From NCBI GenBank assembly GCA_002633005.1, contig NMRA01000026.1, forward strand, positions 1,133,451-1,197,450: a stretch of 64,000 bases of DNA, written 5' to 3'. Below the pieces are notes generated by a model, which was given only the letters and a program-made list of their open reading frames with translations, made no database searches and was not told where the DNA came from. Position numbers and translations under genes: made by a program. The stretch comes from Phoronis australis (lineage: Eukaryota; Animalia; Phoronida). Shown here piece by piece: positions 54,801 through 64,000 of this stretch (position 1 is the first letter of the stretch; every line of letters begins with the position of its first letter).

Positions 54801-57800
54801 CGCAAAAAAACAAACTCGAAAACAGTAAAAATGGCCATTAGGTGGCGCAAACTACGTCCCATCCATCCGAAAACGGGGGGATAGCGCCACCTCACTAATA
54901 GGTGCCTAAAGATAAAATTTCATGAAAATCCGTTAAGGACTTTTGAAGATACAAAAGTAAACGTAAAAAAATAAAATTGTCACAAGGGGTCACACTGGTA
55001 ATCAGATCTGTCCAAAAGTCGTCATTGTCCGTTGTTAACATCATATAAATATATTTATTAAATTTTGTAAAAATCATGCGAATGGTTTAGGAGATACAGC
55101 CATAGGCGCAAAAAATAAAACTGCCACTAGGAGGTGCCACAGTAATCGAAATCGTCGGAAAATCATCGTCAACCGTCCTCTTCATAGTAAGCACATATAT
55201 GCCAATTTTCACTATCATCCTTTGAGCAATTTGGTTGATAAAGGGGAGGACGCAAAAAAACAGACTCAAAAACAGTAAAAATGGCCACTAGGAAGCGCAA
55301 ACTACATCGAATCCATCTGAAAACGGGAGGATAGCATCATCTCACTAATAGGTGCCTACATATTAAATTTCATGAAAATCCCTTAAGGACTTTGAAGATA
55401 CAAAGGTAAACATAAAAAACTAAAATTGCCAGTAGGTGGCACACCGGTAGTCGGATCCGTCCGAAAGTTCGCTCATGCCGTCCCATTCATGAATGGAACA
55501 TATATGCCAAATTTCATGCACGTATATCAAAGGGTTTTGGAGATAGAGCAGCAGACGCCGGACAGATGCCGCCCGGACGGACGGAGATGACGGCATAATG
55601 CGTCTACATATAAATATATGGGCGCATAAAAAGTATGGAACTTTTGCTATGGATACCAAATAGTGCCTCAGACACGAAACTGGGTGATAGCTTTCAACAC
55701 GTAATCCAACTGCAACATTGGCTTGGCAAACCTCCGAGATAAAATCAAACATCATAACATTATTAATCGCAACTTGTCACTTTACAAAAAGATAAAACTT
55801 TTAGAACACGAGTCTACAAAAAATTAGATGTAGCAAAAGTCATGCTAATCAATTATTGCAGTAAAATTATTACAATAAAACCTTTAACTTGTGCATTTAT
55901 TTATGTACAACAGCAAAAATCTTATCTCATAGAAAATGAAGAATAGTTTTCCATGCTATTTCTGTACAACCACTTACCCCACAAGTAGTGATGACAGGGT
56001 CTTTAAATACTTGAGAACACAGGGGACACAGTAGTTTCTTATTGGGCTCTTCAATGAAGACAGTCACCTCCTGAAATGGAAAAGTTTCAAACTCCACTCA
56101 GGAACTAACCATCATGGTTAAATATAAGGTAGGTTAAAATAAATTCAGATGAGAAAACTACTACAAAGTCAAATATCAGTTAAGCTAAATTGTAGGAAAT
56201 TTGCATGGTTTTTGCATAAATGCCATTGAGGGAATTGCATAACCTGTCTATGGTCAAAACGGGAAGTTTGTTAGGTTTCATAATTGCTACAAGCAAAGGA
56301 TACTTCAATAGAGTAACATTCCGCGCTATAAGAACCATGCCATTATGGTAACATGGGCAAAGTCAATTAGACGTTGATTACAAGAAAATTACCATCATAA
56401 TCAAGTTCTTAGCTAATCAGAGGAAGACTATTGACTAACAATCTCTAACTCACTTAAGCAATCTGTTTCTTAATGAAAGAATTAGCTCAGAAATATATTA
56501 AGCAGCAAGTAAAACACTGGGCAGACAGTGTAAGACAGGCAATTGTCTAAACACACCTTATCTTCAAAATATGTATTAGTTTGATCTAAATATCAACAAT
56601 TATCATACACGACGCTACGTCCACGCAATAACCGCCAACAGCGAAATATGGAAGAATAATAGTTCCATATTTCACAAATGACATAACTACCATTATTCTC
56701 CATCAAAATTTGTGTAATGTGACTTGGAAATTAAGACGAACCCAAGGTCAACAAGGTAATGTTGTCTCTACTGGTCAAAAAGTGCAATGTGAAATACTTT
56801 ATTCTGGAAATTTAGTAATACCCTAAAAGAAGTCAAATAAAACACCAATAATAGCAAAGGTATTTTTGACTCTATAATAATTAACAATTGATAACAATTG
56901 GGAAAACTTGTTACATAATTCACGAAATGAATGCTTTTGAAAATTACTTCAGCAACTTTGATTGGCCAATGAGTGAATAACTGTTACGGTATACAAATAG
57001 ATTTTACACTTTTAAGAAATAGAAATACATGATAATGAAAACCTTTGTATGGTATGAACGTTGACTTAGTGGTTTGAATTTTACAACGTCTGACATAAGA
57101 CTTCAAGCAAATATAACCCAAAGCCAAAAAATTACACTATTACGAATCAAAAAAAATCACGTGACCACAAACAATGAGGTTTTATTTTCATGAGCACAGC
57201 AGGTTTCTGTTATCATCAAAGGTTTGAAAAGTATATAGTTTGATGGGTTGACAAATTGTACTTTAAACGGTATTTAAAGAAGTGTGACACTTGGTTAAGA
57301 AGGTATCCAATAACCTTAAACTATGACAAATCCCGAGTTTAAATCGGATTGCATATCACGAATCTCAATATAAATACACACAGTTACCATCACATAGGTT
57401 GTATAACTTATATTTATTTACTGAATCTCCATACGGTTTTACACAAGTACTATGACAGTATATTCTCAACAAACACATTCCTTTTTCAGACCAATATAAG
57501 GCAAACTATTCATCACTCTTGAAGTCAAAAGTTCACTTTGTGCACATGTTAAAAGACAATAATTACTGCCACATTATTAATTATTAATTATTAAAAATCA
57601 ATAAAAAGCAAACATTCCCATTTGCCTAAATGAATAATTACTGTCATGGCTTTCAGCTTCAGAAGATAAAGTATGGTTTCTTACACTAAAAAATTATTTT
57701 GTGTACAGTAATTTGTCATTTACATTGCACAAAATTTATTCCAAAAACTGTCATTTTGGGATTTCCCAAAGGTTGATTGCCCTGTCCCCAACTTGGAAAC

Positions 57801-60328
57801 TCTGCCAAATGTTGTACATTTACACAGCATAAGTTAAGCTAATAATGGTTAAAATTTGGTCAGCCTTTACAATTATTATTGCGAAATTTGACAAAATAAA
57901 ATTTTCACTTCACCGCCATGTTGTGTGTTGAACAGATGAAGAATCAGTGAAGCGGAAGACGAGTCACCAATTACCGCCAAAAAATAATGCCAAAATTGAT
58001 CTATTCAATTTTCAAAAGCTTATAACATGTATGCCAGAAAATGTCAAATCATTGTCTGGCGGGAGCTATGACAAACAGTTATTTGGCGTTACTGATTTCT
58101 GATGAACAAATGTTACAAAAACGAAAAAACAAAATTATTCGACTTGTTTGCAATATTATCTCTTAAAATGGCAAGATTTTACGGTAATCAAAAATTAAAT
58201 CAAGCATAGGAAAGGGAAGACATTGACTATCATCTATTGCCACACACTCTTTTATTCACCTACTTGTGAACCAAAGAGTATTTTGTGCCAGCTTCATGCA
58301 CAAGCTGCACCATCTCTGTAAACAATGGTCTCGGCTCCAGTTTTGGGCAAAACCCTTTGTTTAGGCTTTTTATCCTCCCCTATTACATATAATGTCACCA
58401 AAAGGGACAGTGGTGTCGGAATTTTGCGAAATAAAGTCCGCAAAACAGAAAGGTCGACTCGTTACTTAGGTCTTCTACAGGTCCACCGCAAGACACTGTG
58501 CGTTAATTTCACAACTCATACCCAACAAGCCTACCAGCCTGATAACATCATGGACCAAATGGAGTTCACTGATTGTGTCAGTGAGAAGATTCGCCACTGA
58601 AAAGTTCATTTATTTCACCTCAGTCAATTTGTGTGGGGTCTAAATTACAGGTGACAGCTTCAGTTGCAACAACATAAGGAGCAAACCAGAGTTAGCGAGG
58701 AGAAATAAAGCTTCATGCATAACACCACAAAGTCACCTCAGAGTTTTCATCATTAAATGAAACATTTGAGAGGCAAGATGTCCTGGACTCAGACCGATGG
58801 ATGACTGGTAATTGTAACATACTGCGGTTGTGTCTCACTTGTACGGAGGTCTGTGTCAACGAAAAGATGCTATTAAGCATGAACTGAAGTGTGAACAGTG
58901 AAAAACAAGACAACATTTTGCCACATAACAGAAAAAAAACAGGTAAAAAACTGCTTTAACTAAGCAAAACAATAAAGTAACAACTAAAATACAATACTAA
59001 GTAAAATTACTTTAAAACCCTTTCACTGCCCATGTCGTTTTTCAGCAATTCTGTATTTGCCCTGCCTGACTTCGGTATTTGTTTTTATCTATCCATTTGA
59101 AATCTCACAAAAAGGTGCAAATACTACTGTATAAAAATAGTCCGACCACATTATGTCAGGCTCAAGTTAAGAAGTGAGATCGACTTCAAACTGTGTTTTG
59201 CAATTTTAAAGCAATTTTGTTTGTGTTTATTTATCAAGGGGTTGTAATCGTAGTTTCAAGCAAAAGCTTCGGAACATTCTTTTTGTGAAAGTTCATCAAG
59301 AATAACAAGTCGTTCTGTCTCAGGATATAAGTTTGAAAAGTACGTAAATATAGGGGAAGCTGGTCATATGAAAAAACATGGCAGCAAAAGAGTAACTTAG
59401 AAAGACAACTCTAACAGTGCGGATACCCATGCTAAAGGTGCAAATTTTAGAACCATGGAACACAAAACATACTGAAAGCAACAAGCAAAATGCCTCAAAG
59501 TGCTAAGGTAAAATCTCACCAACTGTGGACAAAAATAATTGTCAAAATTGCACATTTTTTTCACTTTTCTGACTGTGTTGTGAATAAACAAGATTTTTCA
59601 AAATATTTTAAGTTGGTAACTGTGGTGCAGAACCTAAATGCGACAAAGTTTCATTCTCATACAGCATATCGTTTTATATGAAAAATGAGAAAATAAAATT
59701 TCACCTGTCCACCATATTGTGTCCTAAGCTGGCGAGATTTTCCCAGAAGTTATCTTTCATTGGAAGGCTAGGCTAAGCAACGTATTAGTAGGTGGTGAGA
59801 AGATTTAAAGGGACCGAAACAAATTAATTACCAAGTGTTGTGAAAACAACGAGTCCCTTGAGTCATTGTTGGAATCATGATGTGATCCATCCCTGGTGTC
59901 GCCTACAAACCAGAAAATCGACAGTTCAGCCAAAATTCACAGGCCTTCCCTTTCAACACTTTCACAAAGTCATTTTTTAGAAAATTTAAATAACTGGTTT
60001 ACCTGGACTACTTATCATAAGGTTCACATCATATAGGGAATTCTGTTCAGTAAAAAACTTTCTTTCTCATGACAGCTCTATACCCATTGAACTCGAAGTC
60101 AACTTAATAATATTTCAATCATACAATGCCAATGGTCTCCAAAACAAAATTTCCTAACAATTTGCTTCTAATATTTACCAAACAGAACACAGAAAACAGA
60201 TTGTATAACTTATCTGGTAACAGATCTTCGTCGGGTAAAAAGGTATTACCTCCATCTTTTATCAACTCACCCGGACTCACGGTCGTTATAGGTGACCCAC
60301 ACGTACCAGTACCGAATGTTGTCTCCAT
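36826..60328 (-). CDS. TRAF7: TRAF7, E3 ubiquitin ligase (RING, zinc finger, coiled coil, WD40 repeats); 17 coding exons, 1875 nt, about 624 aa
   Basis: GT-AG exons with consistent phases: 60328-60271, 59902-59832, 58850-58737, 56070-55978, 53885-53846 (duplicate 52763-52724), 50629-50452, 49071-48937, 48521-48313, 47479-47406, 44790-44698, 43103-42912, 41042-40926, 40559-40443, 39828-39709, 38461-38330, 37685-37566, 36837-36826. Diagnostic peptides: [70 protein letters not shown]. Confidence 0.95.
37566..37685 (-). CDS. TRAF7: TRAF7 WD40 exon ([40 protein letters not shown])
   Basis: TTCTAG / GTAGGT, 120 nt. Confidence 0.95.
38330..38461 (-). CDS. TRAF7: TRAF7 WD40 exon ([44 protein letters not shown])
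   Basis: TTGCAG / GTAAGT, 132 nt. Confidence 0.94.
38692..38848. mobile_element. hAT-type MITE, inverted copy of 858-1013
   Basis: Perfect 8-bp TSD GCAACAAC; internal sequence is the reverse complement of the first copy with scattered substitutions. Confidence 0.88.
39709..39828 (-). CDS. TRAF7: TRAF7 WD40 exon ([40 protein letters not shown])
   Basis: TTACAG / GTGAGT, 120 nt. Confidence 0.94.
40443..40559 (-). CDS. TRAF7: TRAF7 WD40 exon ([39 protein letters not shown])
   Basis: TGTCAG / GTAAGC, 117 nt. Confidence 0.94.
40926..41042 (-). CDS. TRAF7: TRAF7 WD40 exon ([39 protein letters not shown])
   Basis: TTTCAG / GTCAGT, 117 nt. Confidence 0.93.
41870..42617 (-). mobile_element. Second, more diverged copy of the GCCACTAG-repeat HINE-like element
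   Basis: Same terminus (GGGTGCATAAAAA) and the same GCCACTAGG / AAATTTCAT subrepeats as 53990-55632. Confidence 0.6.
42868..42902. repeat. Compound (CACACG)/(CA)n microsatellite just inside a TRAF7 donor site
   Basis: Read directly. Confidence 0.9.
42912..43103 (-). CDS. TRAF7: TRAF7 WD40 exon ([26 protein letters not shown]...SGSQDNTII)
   Basis: TTGCAG / GTAAGT, 192 nt. Confidence 0.95.
43845..44265. repeat. Minisatellite, 38-bp unit x 11
   Basis: GTATTGTCAGTCAGTGTTTG(C/T)AGACTTC(A/G)TATGATATA, near-perfect copies. Confidence 0.97.
44698..44790 (-). CDS. TRAF7: TRAF7 exon ([31 protein letters not shown])
   Basis: TTCCAG / GTGGGT, 93 nt. Confidence 0.92.
45400..47070 (+). mobile_element. 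Degenerate RLE-type non-LTR retrotransposon (HERO/R2-group-like), antisense in a TRAF7 intron
   Basis: Broken RT motifs [38 protein letters not shown]...[14 protein letters not shown]...[16 protein letters not shown] (decayed catalytic motif), PVKYLG; CCHC knuckle CSQC...LEHISSSC and [11 protein letters not shown]; many stops and frameshifts. Confidence 0.88.
47406..47479 (-). CDS. TRAF7: TRAF7 exon ([25 protein letters not shown])
   Basis: TTTCAG / GTAAGT, 74 nt, phase 1 to 0 as required by its neighbours. Confidence 0.8.
48313..48521 (-). CDS. TRAF7: TRAF7 coiled-coil exon ([20 protein letters not shown]...[16 protein letters not shown]...)
   Basis: TTTCAG / GTAAAC, 209 nt, phase 2 to 1. 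Confidence 0.93.
48937..49071 (-). CDS. TRAF7: TRAF7 zinc-finger exon ([34 protein letters not shown]...)
   Basis: CTACAG / GTACCA, 135 nt, phase 2-2. Confidence 0.92.
49558..49672. repeat. Minisatellite, 23-bp unit x 5
   Basis: ATGAGTGACCTTAGACAATCCAC with one substitution in copy 2. Confidence 0.97.
49792..50190. mobile_element. Foldback/MITE with about 57-bp imperfect inverted repeats
   Basis: TGCGTGAACTTGGAATCTTGCTTATTCTCAAG...GCGTGAACTTGGAATT at the left end pairs with 50135-50190; TSD not identified. Confidence 0.65.
50452..50629 (-). CDS. TRAF7: TRAF7 exon ([33 protein letters not shown]...[11 protein letters not shown])
   Basis: TTTCAG / GTAAGC, 178 nt, phase 1 to 2. Confidence 0.92.
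51322..51390 (+). mobile_element. tRNA-derived SINE head (Pol III boxes)
   Basis: Box A TGGCTCAGTAG (51325) and box B GGTTCGATTCC (51367); no clean cloverleaf. Confidence 0.55.
52724..52763 (-). CDS. TRAF7: Identical second copy of the TRAF7 [13 protein letters not shown] exon (probably an allelic or assembly duplicate)
   Basis: Lies within the 580-bp duplication flanking the N gap; including both copies would frameshift. Confidence 0.7.
53213..53440. other. Assembly gap (228 N); single Ns also at 23995 and 28836
   Basis: Read directly. Confidence 0.99.
53441..53756. mobile_element. End of a TA-inserting (Tc1/mariner-like) element, truncated by the gap
   Basis: Ends ...GGAATGCACCTG|TA; absent from the duplicate flank at 52635 (GATG|TA|CCAAA). 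Confidence 0.5.
53846..53885 (-). CDS. TRAF7: TRAF7 RING exon [13 protein letters not shown] (copy upstream of the gap in transcript order)
   Basis: TTGCAG / GTAGGC, 40 nt, phase 0 to 1. Confidence 0.85.
53990..55632 (-). mobile_element. Helentron-associated (HINE/DINE-1-like) non-autonomous element with internal tandem array
   Basis: Minus strand begins TTTTTATGCGCCC, then a CGTCCGTCCG microsatellite and ATGAAATTTGG, then roughly 140-bp GCCACTAG subrepeats in a roughly 430-bp higher-order unit; family assignment is by architecture only. Confidence 0.65.
55978..56070 (-). CDS. TRAF7: TRAF7 RING exon ([31 protein letters not shown])
   Basis: TTTCAG / GTAAGT, 93 nt; missed by the ORF track. 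Confidence 0.93.
58737..58850 (-). CDS. TRAF7: TRAF7 coding exon 3 ([38 protein letters not shown])
   Basis: CAG acceptor (an in-frame alternative lies 33 nt upstream), GTGACT donor, phase 0-0; Ser-rich like the TRAF7 pre-RING region. Confidence 0.65.
59018..59392. mobile_element. Old piggyBac-like MITE
   Basis: Ends CCCTTTCACTGCCCATG and (rc) CTCTTTTGCTGCCATG with TTAA-like flanks; degenerate. Confidence 0.45.
59832..59902 (-). CDS. TRAF7: TRAF7 coding exon 2 ([24 protein letters not shown]), poorly conserved
   Basis: TTTGTAG acceptor and GTAATT donor; phase 1 to 0 bridges the flanking exons; no recognisable homology. Confidence 0.55.
60271..60328 (-). CDS. TRAF7: TRAF7 coding exon 1 ([19 protein letters not shown])
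   Basis: Acceptor TTACAG before 60334; METTFG matches the TRAF7 N-terminal motif; donor GTGAGT at 60270, phase 1. Confidence 0.8.
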
Positions 60329-61999
60329 GTAAACCTGTAATGGAAACATTTCCATACAACTGGGAACCACACCATAACTGAGGAACCAAAAATGATTTCT
60401 CACAATAGATCAATATTTGTGATAAAAGTGAGCTGACATTAAATTTCCAATGTTCATAGCTTTTTTAAAATGTACTTAAAAGTGCTTTACAAACAGTATT
60501 TAACAGTGTGAGAATTTCAACTCGCAAAAAAAAAGATTGGCAACAGATTTAGCAACACGTGAATTTCTACTCCCCCCCCCCTTCACAAGTATCAGGATCA
60601 GTTTCAATGAGGATGAAATGTTAGAGTTCATTGAGAAGAAACACCATCAAGGGTCCAGCTAACAACTGTTGGCCACTATATACCAAATTGATCCCACACC
60701 CTGACAGGTGTAAACATAGTCCTTAAAACTCTTTGCCAATAAGAACCTCGCTGCAGCATCAACAAAATTTAGTTACACCACCATAATATGAATTAACTTC
60801 AGTTTTTCTAGAAATGGTAACTTCACTACGTTTCAAACAAAGGACCCCAGAGTAGTTTTTTATTACAAGAATAACTGAAGCTCTCAAGTCTCAGCGATAT
60901 AAAAATTACCCTCAACGGTCATTATTTGTGACCAGGCCACAAAATAAGCCACATATCTAGAATCCAGGTCACAGTTTCCAGCTTGCACAATATGAAGGCT
61001 TAAAAATTGAAAAGGAAGTTGGAGAGTTATTTGTGTGTTTTAAAATCTATTTCTGTTCCATATGGAAAAAAGAGTAAAAATCACATGAGTCGAAATTCCC
61101 AAGAAGCGTACATACGACTACTGCTTGCATTTCCAAATTTCAGGTCACAAATGCAACATGCGGCTTTCATTATGTCGAGCTTTTGAGGACATTCAGAAAG
61201 ATGTCCTTGTTTATCTAGTCCACTCTTGGTTTTAAACTGTCACATAGTACATAGCAAAGACACAAATCTATATCTCCTAAAGGCACCCAAGTATCAAATC
61301 CGGCAAAAAAATTAAATTCAGTTGAAAAACAAGCAACTGTTCAGTGTAGACTGCAGTCAATTCAACACTGCCATTTTGCATGGTCATCTTAGTAACAGCA
61401 GCCTCACAGTGCCAAAACAAAAATAGGCAAAGAAAGAGAACACACAAATAATTGTGACCTAACTTTTTCCATCAACGCGCACGACTGTTCAACCAGTTCT
61501 AAGCTACATCGACACCGAGCCATATCCATGGTTAATGGTTCGTACACACTGGCATATTATCTATCAAACATGTTTTAGCCTCATTTTGATCCAAAGCACA
61601 CATGAAGTGCTTCACTGCACTGGTCTTCATTTAACGTTAAACAGCTGGGAAATTAGTCGGTGCTATAAACCTGTTCCCCACAGATCAATGACTGTAATAA
61701 GATTAGTTCGCAAGCCAGCCTCAGAACTATGATTCCCAACAGAATACTGTCAATTAGACTACACTAAATTCACTAGCAGTGTTGAGAGGGTCTAAAGACT
61801 CTAAAGGCTTTAGACTCTAAAGCTGTCCAATCAACCGAAGTCGGAAGCATGTTGCGCAATTCGTGATATTAACAGTTTTCCAAGCTAAATTCTTCAAATC
61901 ATACTGGTTCCTTACAACTGAAAGACATAGCGTAAAGGTCCAACAAAACAATTTGTTCAGTAGTCTGTCAATTTGCCAATAACAATCAATAAAGCAGCC

Positions 62000-62545
62000 T
62001 TACTTCTCTACGCGATGTAGAACATGATTTATCATATCATTTCCGCCTTCTCTGTTGGAGCGCGCCACCTTTTGTATGACAGACAAACCACAGTTTAGAA
62101 GCACAACATGGGCATTGAAAAAACGAATTTTCGTTTGGTAACCCAAGATAACCAGTGGTCCATGGAATTTCTAATGTTCCACATTGATGAATTCAAATGG
62201 GTATACAGGTCTAACACGAAGAGATGCATAAAATTTCAACAATCGCCGGGTTTAACAGTAGTTCTGATCATATCCACTAGGTAACGCTTCAAAAACTCAC
62301 CCAACAATGATTTTCAAAATAACATTATTTCAATAATAAGGACACAAAATTGAAAGATTAATACAAATTACGTTTAAATTAGATTTAAAATAATTTATTT
62401 AATATTTCCAATTTACTTTTATTTTCATAAAATCCTTATAAATAATTTTTACAAAATGTGGTACTTGGATTGCATCTGCCGCCATTTGTCACGTTGAGAT
62501 CGGGGCCTTCATTCACTCCGTATTTTGTGCTTTTTAACAAATAAT
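62000..62545. promoter_or_regulatory. Probable shared (bidirectional) promoter region of TRAF7 and eIF3d
   Basis: Divergent genes; YY1-like GCCGCCATTT near 62478; AT-rich tract near 62320-62455; candidate minus-strand non-coding exon donors GTGAGT at 62300 and GTAAGG at 62003. Confidence 0.6.
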
Positions 62546-62668
62546 ATGGCTCATTTTGTGCCACCTGATATTCAGGACAATCCAAATGGCTGGGGTCCAG
62601 TTGCCGTGCCGCTGAAATTTAAGGATATGCCTTATCAGCCCTTTTCAAAGGGAGATCGTCTAGGAAAG
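62546..62668 (+). CDS. EIF3D: eIF3d (translation initiation factor 3 subunit D), first coding exon; gene continues beyond the window
   Basis: [41 protein letters not shown], then donor AAG|GTGAGT; matches the eIF3d N-terminus (IQDNPxGWGP...[15 protein letters not shown]). Confidence 0.95.
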
Positions 62669-64000
62669 GTGAGTTGTCTGACAAAACTCTGACATAAAAA
62701 ATCGTATTGGGGCTGGGCAACACGGTTACACAGCCTACGCCAGGTGCTTTTCCATGCGCAATATCATTCAATTTATATCTTATTTTGATATTATTTAGAT
62801 AGACTAAATGTGACAATCTTAGCCAGGGTCTGATGTGGCTAGTCCTACTACTAGTCAGTACCACTGTCAGACATTGGCACTGTCTGAACTGAGCAGTGGC
62901 AGCTGGCTTAGACCACAGGCGTCCTCAGCTTCTGATCGTCCACAATACACTGTATAATACTACAAATTATGACACAGGGCTCAACATTAACGTTTTAAGC
63001 CTCTTGCCCTTCGGGCAAATAGTTGAAATTTTTACTTGCCCGAACAACAAATTCACTTGCCCCAAGTACAATCCCAAATAGCACCGCGCATGTGCACACC
63101 TAGGTAATGCGTTACCGTAGGGCTGCCTGTGCTGAGCCTACTCTTGTGTTGTGCACGCTATATACATGAGTTGCTATTTTTTGACGATTATTTTTATAGA
63201 ACATTCATTTATAAGGTGTTAAAAACTAGAGAGACTAATTAGAAGAGTAACTATGGTATCTGAACCATTGTCACACGTTCACAGGCGAACTCTAGACACT
63301 TCTGTGTATTCATTAGTTTATATGCCCTCATACATGAACTTGAGTTGTTGCTAACCTGAATTTCAATTTTTGCAATCCGTAAAAATCTTGCACAGTTTTG
63401 GTCATCGGTACCTTGTATTACCGTAAACGTTCGGGTTAACGCCCTGGGCGGTTAAATTGACAAACCCAAAAAATCGGGGGTGGGCGGTTAACCAGACAGG
63501 GGCGCTTAGACGTGAAACTTCAAAAAAATCCAGGGTGGGCGGTTAACCGAACATGGGCGCTTATTACGACAGGCAAGCGCCCTGGGCGGTTAATCTTACC
63601 TCGTGATCTAAGTACCCACACCACACACGTAGTCGTAGGCCTACTCGGAACGCGTAGCACTTTTCAAAGAGCGTTATCGTCACGTCGCCACATGACGGGA
63701 AAAATGTCATAACAGCGGATGATCCTAACAAAGGTTATCATGCCCTCAGATTAGTTATTCACTATTAAATTTACAGAATTGCTGAGTAATAGCCCCGTGC
63801 CGTCCTGCGGTCTTGTTATTTAGCCCTGTAGTGTAGAGCGCAGACGACCAGTGACCACGCAGCCTCTACTTGGATTGCAACTATTTCATCTTGCTAAAGT
63901 GCGCGCGTGCAAGCTTCACGTGTTGCAGAGGTCACAGCAGACATCAGATTTATGGTTACAGTCTCGTACTAGCTGCCAAGTTCATAGTCAGAGAGCATTT

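Overview
Eukaryotic (animal, invertebrate-looking, possibly lophotrochozoan; not provable from sequence) genomic DNA from a draft assembly with N gaps. Three genes are supported. (1) A canonical noggin on + with an uninterrupted CDS (10088-10837, 249 aa), lying in roughly 34 kb of CpG-rich, otherwise gene-free DNA. (2) A complete 17-coding-exon TRAF7 on - (60328 to 36826, about 624 aa; RING, zinc finger, coiled coil, WD40), which I assembled by hand with consistent splice phases. (3) The first coding exon of eIF3d on + (62546-62668), head-to-head with TRAF7; the ORF track misses it. Also present: a decayed RLE-type (HERO/R2-group) non-LTR retrotransposon, several MITE families with visible TIRs/TSDs, Helentron-associated (HINE/DINE-like) repeat elements, tRNA-derived SINE heads, two minisatellites, and two gap-flanking duplications that look like filled versus empty alleles of transposon insertions. 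I found no clearly new biological system. The best leads are a possibly ancient noggin-TRAF7-eIF3d linkage, a spliced strong-Kozak uORF in front of noggin, a possible nascent 54-nt duplicated exon in TRAF7, and a sharp CpG boundary near 34.8 kb. All comparisons to known proteins are from memory, not database searches.
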